The notes beneath the pieces were generated by a model. That model was not told the DNA's origin. It saw nothing but the letters and a program-made list of their open reading frames with translations, and ran no database searches. This document shows, piece after piece, positions 13,901 through 24,580 of a stretch of DNA of 64,000 nt. Every line of letters starts with the position of its first letter. Position 1 is the stretch's first letter. Origin of the DNA: Mizuhopecten yessoensis. Taxonomy: Eukaryota. The translations under genes were made by a program, and so were the position numbers. Where the stretch lies: positions 328,033 through 392,032 of the forward strand of contig NW_018408551.1 in NCBI RefSeq assembly GCF_002113885.1, read 5' to 3'.

Positions 13901-15695
13901 TAAAACCAATATTTCAACATGAGATTATAAGATACATGTATGTCATGCAGTATCAATTAACATTTCCCCAAAACATATTTCCCTTTTAATTTCCTTTCAT
14001 ATATGTTCATCTTGTACATGTATATATACAAGAACATTTTCCTCCACTCTATCAATAGGGAATTTATATTTTTAAGTCACTAACTGGAAATGACATGAAA
14101 TTTGTTACGCACACACACACACACTTTAATAACCATAAATATAAATAAATGATCTTCATTCAACGGCATGTACATAGTCATCAACAAATATAAGCTTTGT
14201 AGAGCTTATATTACGACACTGGTAAGGGAACAAATGAAATGTTGTTTTCGTGGTGGAGGAACACTCGGGGGTTTGGGTAGCAGAGTACAGTAGCGTACGG
14301 TGGCCATGGGTGATATTTTTATACAATGAATAACCCCTGTAATATAACATGTATCAAAATTTAAAAAAAAACAATCATGTGGGCTTCATAATTTTTCCAA
14401 AAAAAAAATCAAATTTGGTTTGAGACTACAATTTTGGGCATTTACAAATCTGTGTCTACACAACAAAAGCTAGCTTTTCATGTAGTCTATTTTTGTACTC
14501 AGCACATGTGTAAATATTGTGAAAAATCCACCGGAATGACCTATGCTAAAACGTGAGTATTTCTGTTACCGAGTAGGCGATATTTAATTTCAGACAGGTT
14601 TTAAGAAAAACAATTCTACTTGCGGGGGTCAAATTCTGGGTTAAAAATCATGATTTTTTGCATATTTTGGTGTTTTTTGATATGGTAACCATGGTTTTCA
14701 GAAGTCCCAAATCTGGGGAAATNTAAATATTGTGAAAAATCCACCGGAATGACCTATGCTAAAACGTGAGTATTTCTGTTACCGAGTAGGCGATATTTAA
14801 TTTCAGACAGGTTTTAAGAAAAACAATTCTACTTGCGGGGGTCAAATTCTGTTAAAAATCATGATTTTTTGCATATTTTGGTGTTTTTTGATGTGGTAAC
14901 CATGGTTTTCACAAGTCCCAAATCTGGGGAAATCACTTTTTGAAAAAAAAATGTTCTTCTAAAAAGGCGTATTCAAAATGTAGTTTATAAATATATATAT
15001 ATATGTAGGTGTGTTGTGCAGTATGAATCCGCTATCCATGTTTATCCGAGACATGCCCTTTATTTTTAGGGTCAAGCCATTTCTACTGTACTCTGACACC
15101 TTGGGGGAATTCCACTGTGCTGTCATAGGGATTCTTGGGAGAGCGAGTTGTATAAAATTCACACTTGATGATTGCACACAGTAGAAAAGACACAGCTACC
15201 GATTGAGGTACCTTACAATGTCTGGAATGAGATTAATTAGGGAAGGGTATATACATACAGAATGTATAATAGAAAAACTGAGCTTACATTTGCAAAATTA
15301 ATTTACATTATTTATTAAAAATGTAATATTTACTACGAGTTACTCCCCCTCAACCTCATTACCGATAATTTAGCTCCGAATGGAGCCCGGCACATTATAA
15401 CTGGAAGAATAATATCTTTTTGAGGAACAATATGAATGTATTGCTGATTTTAACAGATATTCGGCACAAATTTATGAGAAATATATATGGCGCGGTTATA
15501 ACACTTCATCACGGAACAAGTTTATCCTTTGCATGGAATAACTGGAATAAACTAATCTTGGTTCGGGTTGACTGGTAGTGGTACGGATTGCCGGTGGTAC
15601 GGAACGACTGTAATTCGTCATAACCGTGCATATTGAGCCTCCAACATTGCAGATTATATTAGATATCAAACTTACATCTTGATCGGTATCTGCAT
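10967..15695 (-). CDS. CHTF8: Chromosome transmission fidelity protein 8 (Ctf8, CTF18-RFC subunit)
   Basis: Exons 15695-15676 (MQIPIK), 13845-13725 ([22 protein letters not shown]...GDLHFTHK), 11209-10967 ([26 protein letters not shown]...[28 protein letters not shown]). Phases are consistent and splice sites GT-AG; [16 protein letters not shown] and FKTRPKPI are Ctf8 hallmarks. Confidence 0.96.
11920..13151 (+). mobile_element. HINE/pearl-like element with ~310-350-bp internal repeats (CHTF8 intron)
   Basis: agggtcatgatatttggccagtaggt recurs at ~12221, 12572 and 12883. The 3' end caggtgagcgatacaggccccctgggcgtcttgttt (subterminal repeat + palindrome + T-run) is at 13116-13151. Shares motifs with the 1020-1490 element. 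Confidence 0.7.
13295..13660. repeat. Degenerate short-period repeat array (ttcgcgttattacg-like), probably TE-derived
   Basis: Many copies of cgttattacg / tttcgcg in a T-rich, CpG-rich patch within otherwise CpG-poor intron. Confidence 0.6.
14511..14933. other. ~210-bp duplication across a single-N gap (probable assembly/haplotype overlap)
   Basis: 14511-14722 is repeated at 14724-14933 with the N at 14723 exactly at the junction and about 3 small differences. Confidence 0.8.
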
Positions 15696-15859
15696 GCTGC
15701 TACAATATTTGTTATGTATGACTTATCCCAGAATTGATTCAGTCCAAGGCTAATGTTTACAATCCGGTCGAGTGAAATTTACCGCCAAGTTTTTCAGTAC
15801 GGTACCTAGATGTAGAGTTAGCTCCCTTTTCAAGCGTCTCCTCTCACATTTCCGGCAAC
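15696..15859. promoter_or_regulatory. Compact bidirectional promoter region shared by CHTF8 and SAP18
   Basis: Only 164 bp separate the divergent ATGs (15695 minus, 15860 plus). The region is locally CpG-rich and contains agagttagctcccttt (15814-15829). Confidence 0.8.
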
Positions 15860-18800
15860 ATGGCTACTGTAGAATCGATGGTTGTGGAAGATCAGAAAGA
15901 ACCAGAAAAGCCGATTGATAGAGAAAAGGTATACTTCTATTACTTTTTATATAAAAGATTTAATGTTTGTGCGATACTTTACCTGTTGCTTTCGACAAAA
16001 TAGTTACTTATGTATGTATAATAAACTTGCGTACGAAGTAGTTGTGAGCGGCCCGTTCGACCCGTTGTAAGTTCTGTTGTTCGCCAATAGCTTGGTTCAT
16101 AACAGCTCAACACATCTACCATTTTGTCACATTCAATTGGTTGTTGTAGTAGTGAAACATTTTATTAAAGAATATCTGCTATGTACTTTACACCTCAACA
16201 CTATCATAAGAGGGTTTCAGGCCCGTATAATTTAGGTGCAGTCAGTATGATCTTTTAACATTAAAAATCGGAATGCCGCTGTTCTGCATGTAGTTAAGCT
16301 TTCAGTCAATTTCAATGTGCCTTTTTGTTATAACTGTCCTTTTTTATTGCACATAAATTGCTCTGCCATTTTTAGTGCTTGCTTACTTTTATGTGTGCTT
16401 TCTCTATATTTATTTAATTAGTTTGCTTGCATGATTTTGTTTTTATGTTGATGTATAATTATACTTGAATGTATTCGGTTTAAAGCTGATTAGAGCTTAT
16501 GTTTTGTCATTTGTAACTATTTATAAATAAAGCTTTCATATTCATAAACATTAGAAATAAACTTGCCCCGCTGTGCATATATCGATGTAATGTTAACGTC
16601 ATCAGTAATTGGATAGATTGGATAGAAAGTATATATGCCTATTGTACGTTTGAGCGGATGTATAGTTTAGTTCTCATAGGTTTCCGTGCGTTATATATTT
16701 CCGCGCAGCCATTTTATTAAGCTGTGTCTCTTTATTATGTCACCTGCTTGACACTACACAGGGATCTTTAAGACGTTCGGTCATCGTCTGCAAACTGACA
16801 CAAATATTACGAGAATGTGCAGTTTTGCTTAATACACTTTTTATCTTGCTCAAAATTAACCCATACCTGAAAAAACAGCGATATATTTCATTCATGAACT
16901 GGTCTATTTTGGAATCTGTCAAACGTACGAAAGTATCGTATGCCAATGTGGCAACATCTCCACGCCAAAAGTATCGTATGCCAATGTGGCAACATCTCCA
17001 CGCCAAATTTGTTCCACTCCTGAAGAGAAAGAAACAATCGTATATCGATAAACACTGTTTGCAATAAAATTCAACTTTTCCACTTCAATTTTAAACAGAA
17101 AGAAATTATAAATAACTTACAATCAACTGAAACCAATATAAAACTGCATCTAAAAATAATATCAGATTCTATTGTAACTACATTTGTTGGTGCGGACCAC
17201 CATTGAGAATTTCTATTCAGTGTATCCATGTTGTCTTTCTTTGAACACTGAATCTAATATGAGACACAGGAACATATGATCGCTACTTCCGACAGGTGAA
17301 ATTTGTTGAAAAATTGTTTCCATTAGTAGATTTTACACATGTCTGAGATAGTCATCAATAGTTTCAAAAGTTTGTTTACCGATACAAGTTCAAAATTGCA
17401 GATGCCTCTTTAAGTGCACAGAAACAGATAACATCAGGATACATCATCGTTCATTGAACAACATCATTACACTTGACATGTCCATTTTCTATGTCTATCT
17501 ACTCATAGCATAAACTGTTAAATATCTGATACTTCTATGGTCCCAATTTATAAAATTTGAATGTGAGGAAATGAATCCAATTTATACAGGGGAAAATTAA
17601 TGCTTAATTCATAATTTTTTATCTGCTTCATAAAAATAATTAAGAATATTCATTGTTGTTTACCAGTCTTTGAGTTTGACACTTCCACTTTATAATTCTA
17701 CCAAGTTCAGATGGTATTCATATCAGCTATAAATGGCAAAGTGGTGACATCACCATGATTACCAAGATAACTTTCAAGTGTATTTATAACTAAGTATAGA
17801 TTTCAGTGCTAGCCCACTTAATTGGATTAATCACACGTCAGTTGGCATTCAGATTGATGAATACCAAATGAAAGCAATTTGACACTGCATTAAATGACAA
17901 GATTTTATTTTTGCTATGGATACTTATATTTACTATTGTATTTTACTGATGGAGATCATCATGTGTTTTTCTTTAGGGTATTATAATCGTAGAATAGCCA
18001 GAAAAACCCTACCACATTACAGTCACTTGATTTTGGTAAACAGACACAACTATAGCATAACTGTACAATGTACATAAATCAAGTGATAATTTACCTTTCC
18101 AGGTCAAAGAGGTGGGTTTGATACCCATGTAATAAAACTATAGTTTTTGCAAAATAAATATTTTTCTATGAAAGTATTATAGTATAAACATATTTGTTTG
18201 TGCTGCATTTCATGAACACTGTTCAGAGGTGCAGCCAGCAGTGTTTAAATTTTCTACCAAAAATGATGACACTAAAAAACTTAAATATTTGGTATATGCA
18301 CAGAGATGTGCCATTGCTCTGTTAAAAGTTTGATGACTAAAGTCTGATATTCGATTGTTTTCAGACATGCCCACTACTCCTGAGGGTGTTTTGCAGTACA
18401 GGAAGACACAACACACTGAGCGAGTTTGCTCGGGGCCAGACACCATCAAATGAACTTCAAATTTACACATGGTAATTCTTGGAACATATTTACATTTGAT
18501 ACATTTCAAATCTTTCCTACTTTTAAAGAAAGGTCAACCCATCTGTATGTGTTTGACACCATTTACTGTCAACACTGCATGATAAGTTGTGTTGACATTC
18601 AACATGTCTGATACTTATATTGAATCATGTTATTCTATGACAGACCTCTTTAACAGTATAAATGTCTTTAAGTTACCATTGTGAATTGTTTAACAATTAT
18701 AATGAATTTGAACAAAGAATATTTTATGTTTCTAATGTAATGCTTAATCAAGGTTTCATTTTAACTTGTGTATATGTAATTAGAAAAGTAATTTAATTTT

Positions 18801-19284
18801 CATTGTGGACATATTACCTTTTAAACTTTTATATTTTCTTTTGACATTTTCCTAGTATTAGGTTAATCGAAACAGAGTTGTACCTTTTAATATTTGTAGA
18901 TTGTTTCAAAGACTTTTATTTTTGTAGAGTGTCTTCAAAAAGATATGTATGTACATGTGTATAGTAAGTTTTCATTTGTACATGTATTTTGTAACACACA
19001 GGATGGATGCCACTTTGAAGGAACTAACAAGTTTGGTAAAGGAAGTCAATCCAGATGCTAGAAGAAAGGGAACTTTTTTTGACTTTGCCGTTGTTTATCC
19101 TGACCCTCGTACCCCTGTTTACAGAATGCGGGAGATTGGCACAACATGTGCCGGGCATCGCGGTCAAGATGACAGTCATTCTTTGACCTCTAAGAGGTTT
19201 CAGATTGGTGATTACCTAGACATAGCTGTTACCCCGCCCAGGGGTGGAGGTGGCCCTCCTCCTCGTCGCAATCGTCCATACTGA
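15860..19284 (+). CDS. SAP18: Sin3A-associated protein 18 kDa (SAP18; ASAP/EJC complex)
   Basis: Exons 15860-15928 (MATVES...EPEKPIDREK), 18365-18471 (TCPLLLRVFCSTGRH...NELQIYTW), 19002-19284 (MDATLKELTSLVKEVNPDARRKGT...FQIGDYLDIAVTPP...RRNRPY*). Phases are consistent and the motifs are near-invariant in SAP18. Confidence 0.98.
16931..17006. repeat. 38-bp perfect tandem duplication in SAP18 intron 1
   Basis: aagtatcgtatgccaatgtggcaacatctccacgccaa twice. Confidence 0.9.
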
Positions 19285-20899
19285 AAGAATGTTGATTTAC
19301 GATAAACATTACATTCAACATATTCAACAATCTGAATGCTTTGTAAGACTTACTTTCATTTTGGAATGAATGGGCTTGTGTAAGTTTGTGATGGATAGCT
19401 GTACCTGCACTCCTTGGATTTAATTCTGGGACACAAGGGAAAGATATTGACCAAGTGAGAGTAAAGTGTTTTGCTTTTTACAGAACTTGTGACGGGAAAG
19501 GAAGAAGCTTCATCAATTAGGAACATTTTATTATTGTTTTATTGTATGATAACATAGGGAGGTTGTGTGTGTGTGTAGTGTATTGTGTATAATTGAGAAT
19601 AATGTGTGTTCTGTACACATGATCATACAACTAAATAATAAATTTCGAAGAATTTTATTTAAATCCAAGAATTTATTTTTTAATTTTCAATGAATTTCTT
19701 TGATAATTTTATTCTAAGCTGCAAGCAGAGAAAAATAAAAATGGTTTGTACATATATAAACTTCATAAATGAATCAGGATATTATGTAACTATTTCTTCA
19801 ATTAATTTCTTTTTATTCAGTAGGTTTTATTGACTATGTGGATTTTTAAATAATGTCTAACCTGTTCTAAATTATATGAGAAAAATTGTAAATTTGAATG
19901 TGTTTCAATTTGTCTTATTTTAAAAAATGAATTAATTCTACCAGTGGTGTGAATTTAAAACAGCTATGATTACAAATTAATTACATGACATCTTTTGCAT
20001 CCTTAGCCAATTACAAAAAACAAAACAATTTTTGGTTTCAAGTTTTTAAAGATACTTGCTGTGTTGACAAGATATTTTCTCGTGTTGTACATGAAGCTGA
20101 ATGTTGTCTGATTGTAAGGTGAACTTGTTTGGAGTCTGTGTATAAGTGATCCTATTCATCATATATTCCATAAGTTACACGAAAAATAAAAGAGTAGAAA
20201 AAAATATATTGAAGCAGTTCTGTGTTATAAAAAGGTGTTGGCTACATTTGGTGTCCATTTCTACATATGTCAGAATGGTTAGCATTGAAACTTATATACA
20301 AAGCTATGTTCAGCTTAACCTGTTTGTAAATAGATTGTACCTGGATCTTTTATATATGAACCATTAGGCACTATGACTAGGTATACTGTGGCTTGTGCAA
20401 GTGTGTCTATTCTATATCAATGTCCATGTTAAAATATACCTGGTGATCGAAATGAATTTTCATTTCCATTGATCAGGTTAGAAACAAATTGTTCTATATA
20501 CATCTTAGTTGCATAACAGCATTATAAATGTATTTACTATAAATTTTCCAGTATTGCTAATAATGCATTAAAAACTTTCCTCATGAAAAAATGCACAAAA
20601 TTCGAACACACAGGTAATTATTTATCTGGTCAACTTCATTGACAAATAAAAAAGACAGTGTTTGAAGGTTTCATTGGGTCAAACTTGAGTGAAAATTGAA
20701 ATATTTTCATGCTCAAAACAAAGGACTGAAATTCACACTGTGATGCTCATCGCATCTCGATAACCGAATGGAACTTTAAGTTGTAAAAGCAATATCTCTT
20801 TCTCATATAATCTGTGTTGCTATTTGTAACCAAAATGTAAAGATTCTTTAGTGTCCTGAAAATAATGGCATTCGTCTGTGACAAGTAATAATGCAGTCA

Positions 20900-21226
20900 G
20901 ATAGCAGCATGCTGCATCTATTGAAGTCCCAGCCTGGGGACAGAACCCATTGCCTTCCTCACCTGGGCGAACGTTTCAACATTCAAGCCAAAAGTTGCCA
21001 AGCAAGGCGCTAGGAAATAAAAGGTAGTCAGAAGCAAAGAGAAATGGAAAGATCCCAAATATTGCAATGGGGACAGCTGATTTATTTTGGTATATTTTGT
21101 TTACCCAAGTAGAGGGCACAAAAACAAATCCCAAATGTTGCAGGGGGTTTCCTCATTAGTCGTCCTTATGATACATGCAATGGGTAACAGCACGCGTATT
21201 CTTTTTTCGATCACCGACCTGCAGGG
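20900..21226. mobile_element. SINE-like interspersed repeat (same family as 30995-31381)
   Basis: Shares ggggacagaaccc..gccttcctc..gggcgaacg..caac..gccaaaagt..gatcccaaat..ttagtcg.c.cttacga..catg.aatggg..cagc with the copy at ~31190-31380. Confidence 0.6.
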
Positions 21227-21592
21227 CTGCCTAGTGTCGTTGCTTCTTAGATGAGTAATATTATATGTTGTTGATGGCAATGGTGTTGAAGGTTGTGTAT
21301 GTTGGTGTCGTTATCGGGGGCGTTGTCGTTGGTGAGCACTGAGGAATATCCGCTATATTTATATAATCCTGTCCTCTAGACATTCCACAGACTAAAAGCA
21401 GATTTGCCAATGTGCTAATAGCTTTAATATAAGAGTGTCACGGTATCAATTTGTTTTAGGGAAACACTTTGAAAATATGACGGATATCATAAAAATGCCA
21501 CCCTAATATATAGCTCTAACAAATTATCAGGTCCCCGTGAATAAAATATCACAAGTTATGGTGTAGAACACTAAGCATGAGTACGAAGAGGT

Positions 21593-22517
21593 TTCTTCTT
21601 CTTCTTCTTCTTCTTTTTCTTCTTCTTCTTCTTTTTCTTCTTCTTCTTCCTCCAAATCTTGAGTTGGCATCCCAGGGATGAGCGCATGCCGGTTGACAGT
21701 TAAAAATCTCTTGGGCAGTATATACAATTAGAAGTCTGATAGAATGAACTTATCCGGAAAGGCCTTGTGGCCTGCTGGGAGGCTGTTCAGCTTGGTCTAA
21801 AAGGCCGCCAGGGTTTGGCCAGTCGCCATCCCAGGTGGGAGGCTGTTCCACTGCTGTGCTGTTCTGGAGAAGAAGGATTGTTTGTAGCATTCCTTATACT
21901 GCACACAGTCTATGAGATCGTTGCCACTTGAGGTATATTTATCAGCTTGGATTTCCACCAGGTCGTTCTGGATCTTGTACATCATGGTCAGTCGAGCTTT
22001 GGATCGTCGTAGCATCAGACTTTCCCATCCGAGTTTTTGAAGGATGATGGTGACTGTGCCTTGTGTATATGTGTGGAACTCTACCGTGACAAACCTGGCT
22101 GGTGCTCTCTGTGTCTTTTCAATGGTGTTACTCAGGTTGGTTGTTGCTGGGTCCCATACTGTTGACGCATTTATACTCGGAAGTTGGTCGCACGATAGTT
22201 TGATAGGCAGCTTCATTGCCAGGCTTCTTACAATTCCGTAAGTTCCTCTAGATGAAACCAAGTGATCGTGAAGGGCTGGCTATGATGTTATCGTCATGGT
22301 AATTCCACCGTAAGTCTTCACTCATGGTCACTCCGAGGTACTTGCTCTTCTCCATCCTCTCAAGAATGTTGCCATGAAGAGTATAGTTGGTGATTGTAAG
22401 GCGCCGTTTGTTGCTGATATGGAGGACAGTACACTTTCCGGATTGAACGACATCTGTCACATGTGCTCCCATCTTTCCAAGGCTGTCAAGTCTTCCTGCA
22501 ACGCACGGGCATCCTCT
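21593..22517 (-). mobile_element. Non-LTR retrotransposon (LINE, CR1/L2-Jockey-group-like), 3' part with (GAA)n tail
   Basis: Degenerate RT C-terminus: EDARALQEDLTALERW, KYLGVTMSEDLRW, VWDP, QRAPARFV, LGWESLMLRR..RLTMMYKI, SFFSRTAQQWNSLP. The (TTC)n tail at 21593-21650 abuts the host exon. Confidence 0.9.
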
Positions 22518-23000
22518 TAGTCCGAATTATTCTGACGTTTTATCAACTTTTTTCATATCGGTCTGTCGTCGATTAACATCAGAACTCCGGCCCTCTATAA
22601 TATGCGGGAAATATGCGACCCGCGCCCGGAGCGCACTTCCAACTGATATTTTAGAAACAAATCGTCACTTTCACACACATGTCGCACATGGATCGAAAGA
22701 TCTATTCTTTATGCACAAGATGAACATACATAACATGCCCCAAACAACCAATACAATCACTAAAAACATATTTTTTCAAACTTACTCTGCTTTGTTTTTT
22801 ATAGCCCCGCCTTCTAATGCCACATGACTTAAATCTCGCCGGTCTACGTCATAACTCAATCGCAACTTCTCGGCCAATTCCGGCTAGGCGCGGAATGATT
22901 CCGCGCCTAGCCGGAATTGGCCGAGAAGTTGCGATTGCGTCATAACTTTGGGAAATACCTTCGGTAACGCGGGATCTCGTCAAGTCATGTGACATTGCTC
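22518..23000 (+). mobile_element. Left arm and interior of a long-TIR DNA element (MULE-like, 9-bp TSD)
   Basis: The 199-bp arm 22518-22716 (tagtccgaattattctgacg...) is nearly identical to 24317-24515. It is preceded by gcatcctct (22509-22517), the reverse complement of agaggatgc that precedes the other arm. Confidence 0.75.
22857..22937. mobile_element. 81-bp perfect-palindrome mini-insertion with 10-bp target-site duplication
   Basis: 40-bp arms caatcgcaacttctcggccaattccggctaggcgcggaat / exact reverse complement around a single G (22897). Flanked by direct repeat cgtcataact (22847-22856 and 22938-22947). Confidence 0.85.
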
Positions 23001-23951
23001 ATGGCCTAATTTCCATTAAAAACATGGGTTGGTATAGTTACTGAAATGTCTGCTTTAGAAGATTGTATATATATATTACGAGAATACCAGAAATCGACTA
23101 TCTCAATATTGTTTTCATGAACTTTTGAAACCGAATTTAAACACAAAAATAGGATTTAGTTTTTGTGTTTGGGAAACATAATTTGAAAATCTTACCATTC
23201 TTTTAATATCTTTAATTGATGATATTTGTCCGAAATTCCAATGACAAGGGCACAGTTATGGAGCTCAACTTCAAAGCTATTATTTTATCAAGGGATCATG
23301 TGCCTCCGGAGAAACGATTGTCATGGAGTCTGTGTTTGCCTACGCCAAGCCGTTATCATCTGGCTGTCCAACAGTTATGACGTCACCGACCGTGCCCTCT
23401 TAATGTTGCACGTTCGAGAAGAACGACTTTGGAATGCAGTATGAAGGACATACTTCGATAATTGTATAAGAATTGTGACGGTAAAACGACGTGCATTACG
23501 ACGCCCGTTTCCTAGAACGGACTAATTACATGATGGCCCGTGTCTAATGGGCAGTAGGTATGTATGATTTAGTAAAAACTATAAACTAAACCCATATTAA
23601 GCGAAATAGAAGAAATCTGAAGAGACTGGTTAAGGTTATACTAAACATAAACGGGTTGTTATTCAATCAGACCATTCAAGAAGCAAGCTTAAGTGACATT
23701 TTGTCTCGTTTTGGTAATGTGAATTTTATTTAGTTGTTTCATTTCATCACGAAAGAAAACTGTTCTCAATTGGAAAGTCCACACTTTTTATAACACATTG
23801 TAACTTGTATATATCTTTGTTGTTGAATAAGCCTCTCAATATAGTCCTGTTTCTGCTTAGAAATGACATAGATAAGTTGCAATGCAAGTACAACAGATGC
23901 AAAAGTGTTTCTTTGGAACACTGAATACCCAGATGGCAATATGACACGAAC

Positions 23952-24316
23952 TTATCACCACAGTTGACGCGATAGCTAGATGGAGTTTGTCAGCAGAACA
24001 GGTTGATGTGATCTTGTTGGATTTTAGCAATGTGTTCGACAAGGTCCCACACCACAGGCTGCTGCGTAAACTCGACCATTATGGGATAAGAGACACCACT
24101 CAGAAATGGATTGAGGACTTTCTTTTAGCAAGGACACAACAGGTTCTACTGGACGGTACAGTATCATCCACGGCAGACGTCATATCCGGAGTCCCCCAAG
24201 GGACCATTACTGTTTTAGGCCAACATAAATGACAAGCCTGAATGCAACACATCAAATGTTCGTCTCTTTGTTGATGATAACATCTTGTTTCGGCGCATTA
24301 GGAGTAGAGAGGATGC
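23952..24316 (+). mobile_element. 5' part of the same LINE, now inverted
   Basis: RT core: QVDVILLDFSNVFDKVPHHRLLRKLDHYGI..WIEDFL..RTQQV..SGVPQGT..RLFVDD..FRRIRSREDA. It continues exactly into EDARALQEDL of the minus-strand piece ending at 22517. Confidence 0.9.
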
Positions 24317-24580
24317 TAGTCCGAATTATTCTGACGTTTTATCGACTTTTTTCATCTCGGTCTGTCGTCGATTAACGTCAGAACTCCGGCCCTCTATAAT
24401 ATACGGGAAATATGCGACCCGCGCCCGGAGCGCACTTCCAACTGATATTTTAGAAACAAATCGTCACTTTCACACACATGTCGCACATGGATCGAAAGAT
24501 CTATTCTTTATGCACTAGGTGGTATCAATAACATGTTTCAAAGATCATTACGAAAAGTATTTTCCAACGTTTTCGAATGA
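24317..24580 (+). mobile_element. Second (inverted) arm of the long-TIR DNA element
   Basis: 24317-24515 matches 22518-22716 with about 4 mismatches by eye and is preceded by TSD copy agaggatgc (24308-24316). Confidence 0.75.

Noticed and set aside
14156-14350. ORF ending VDDYVHAVE, similar to the Nup37 N-terminal DYVHVVE
   Set aside because: Only ~7 residues, followed by a stop, no flanking similarity, and on the wrong side of NUP37; treated as chance.
14511-14933. Apparent biological tandem duplication
   Set aside because: The junction is exactly a single N; most likely overlapping contig ends from two haplotypes.
21527-21727. Poly-Glu ORF
   Set aside because: Translation of the LINE's (GAA)n tail.
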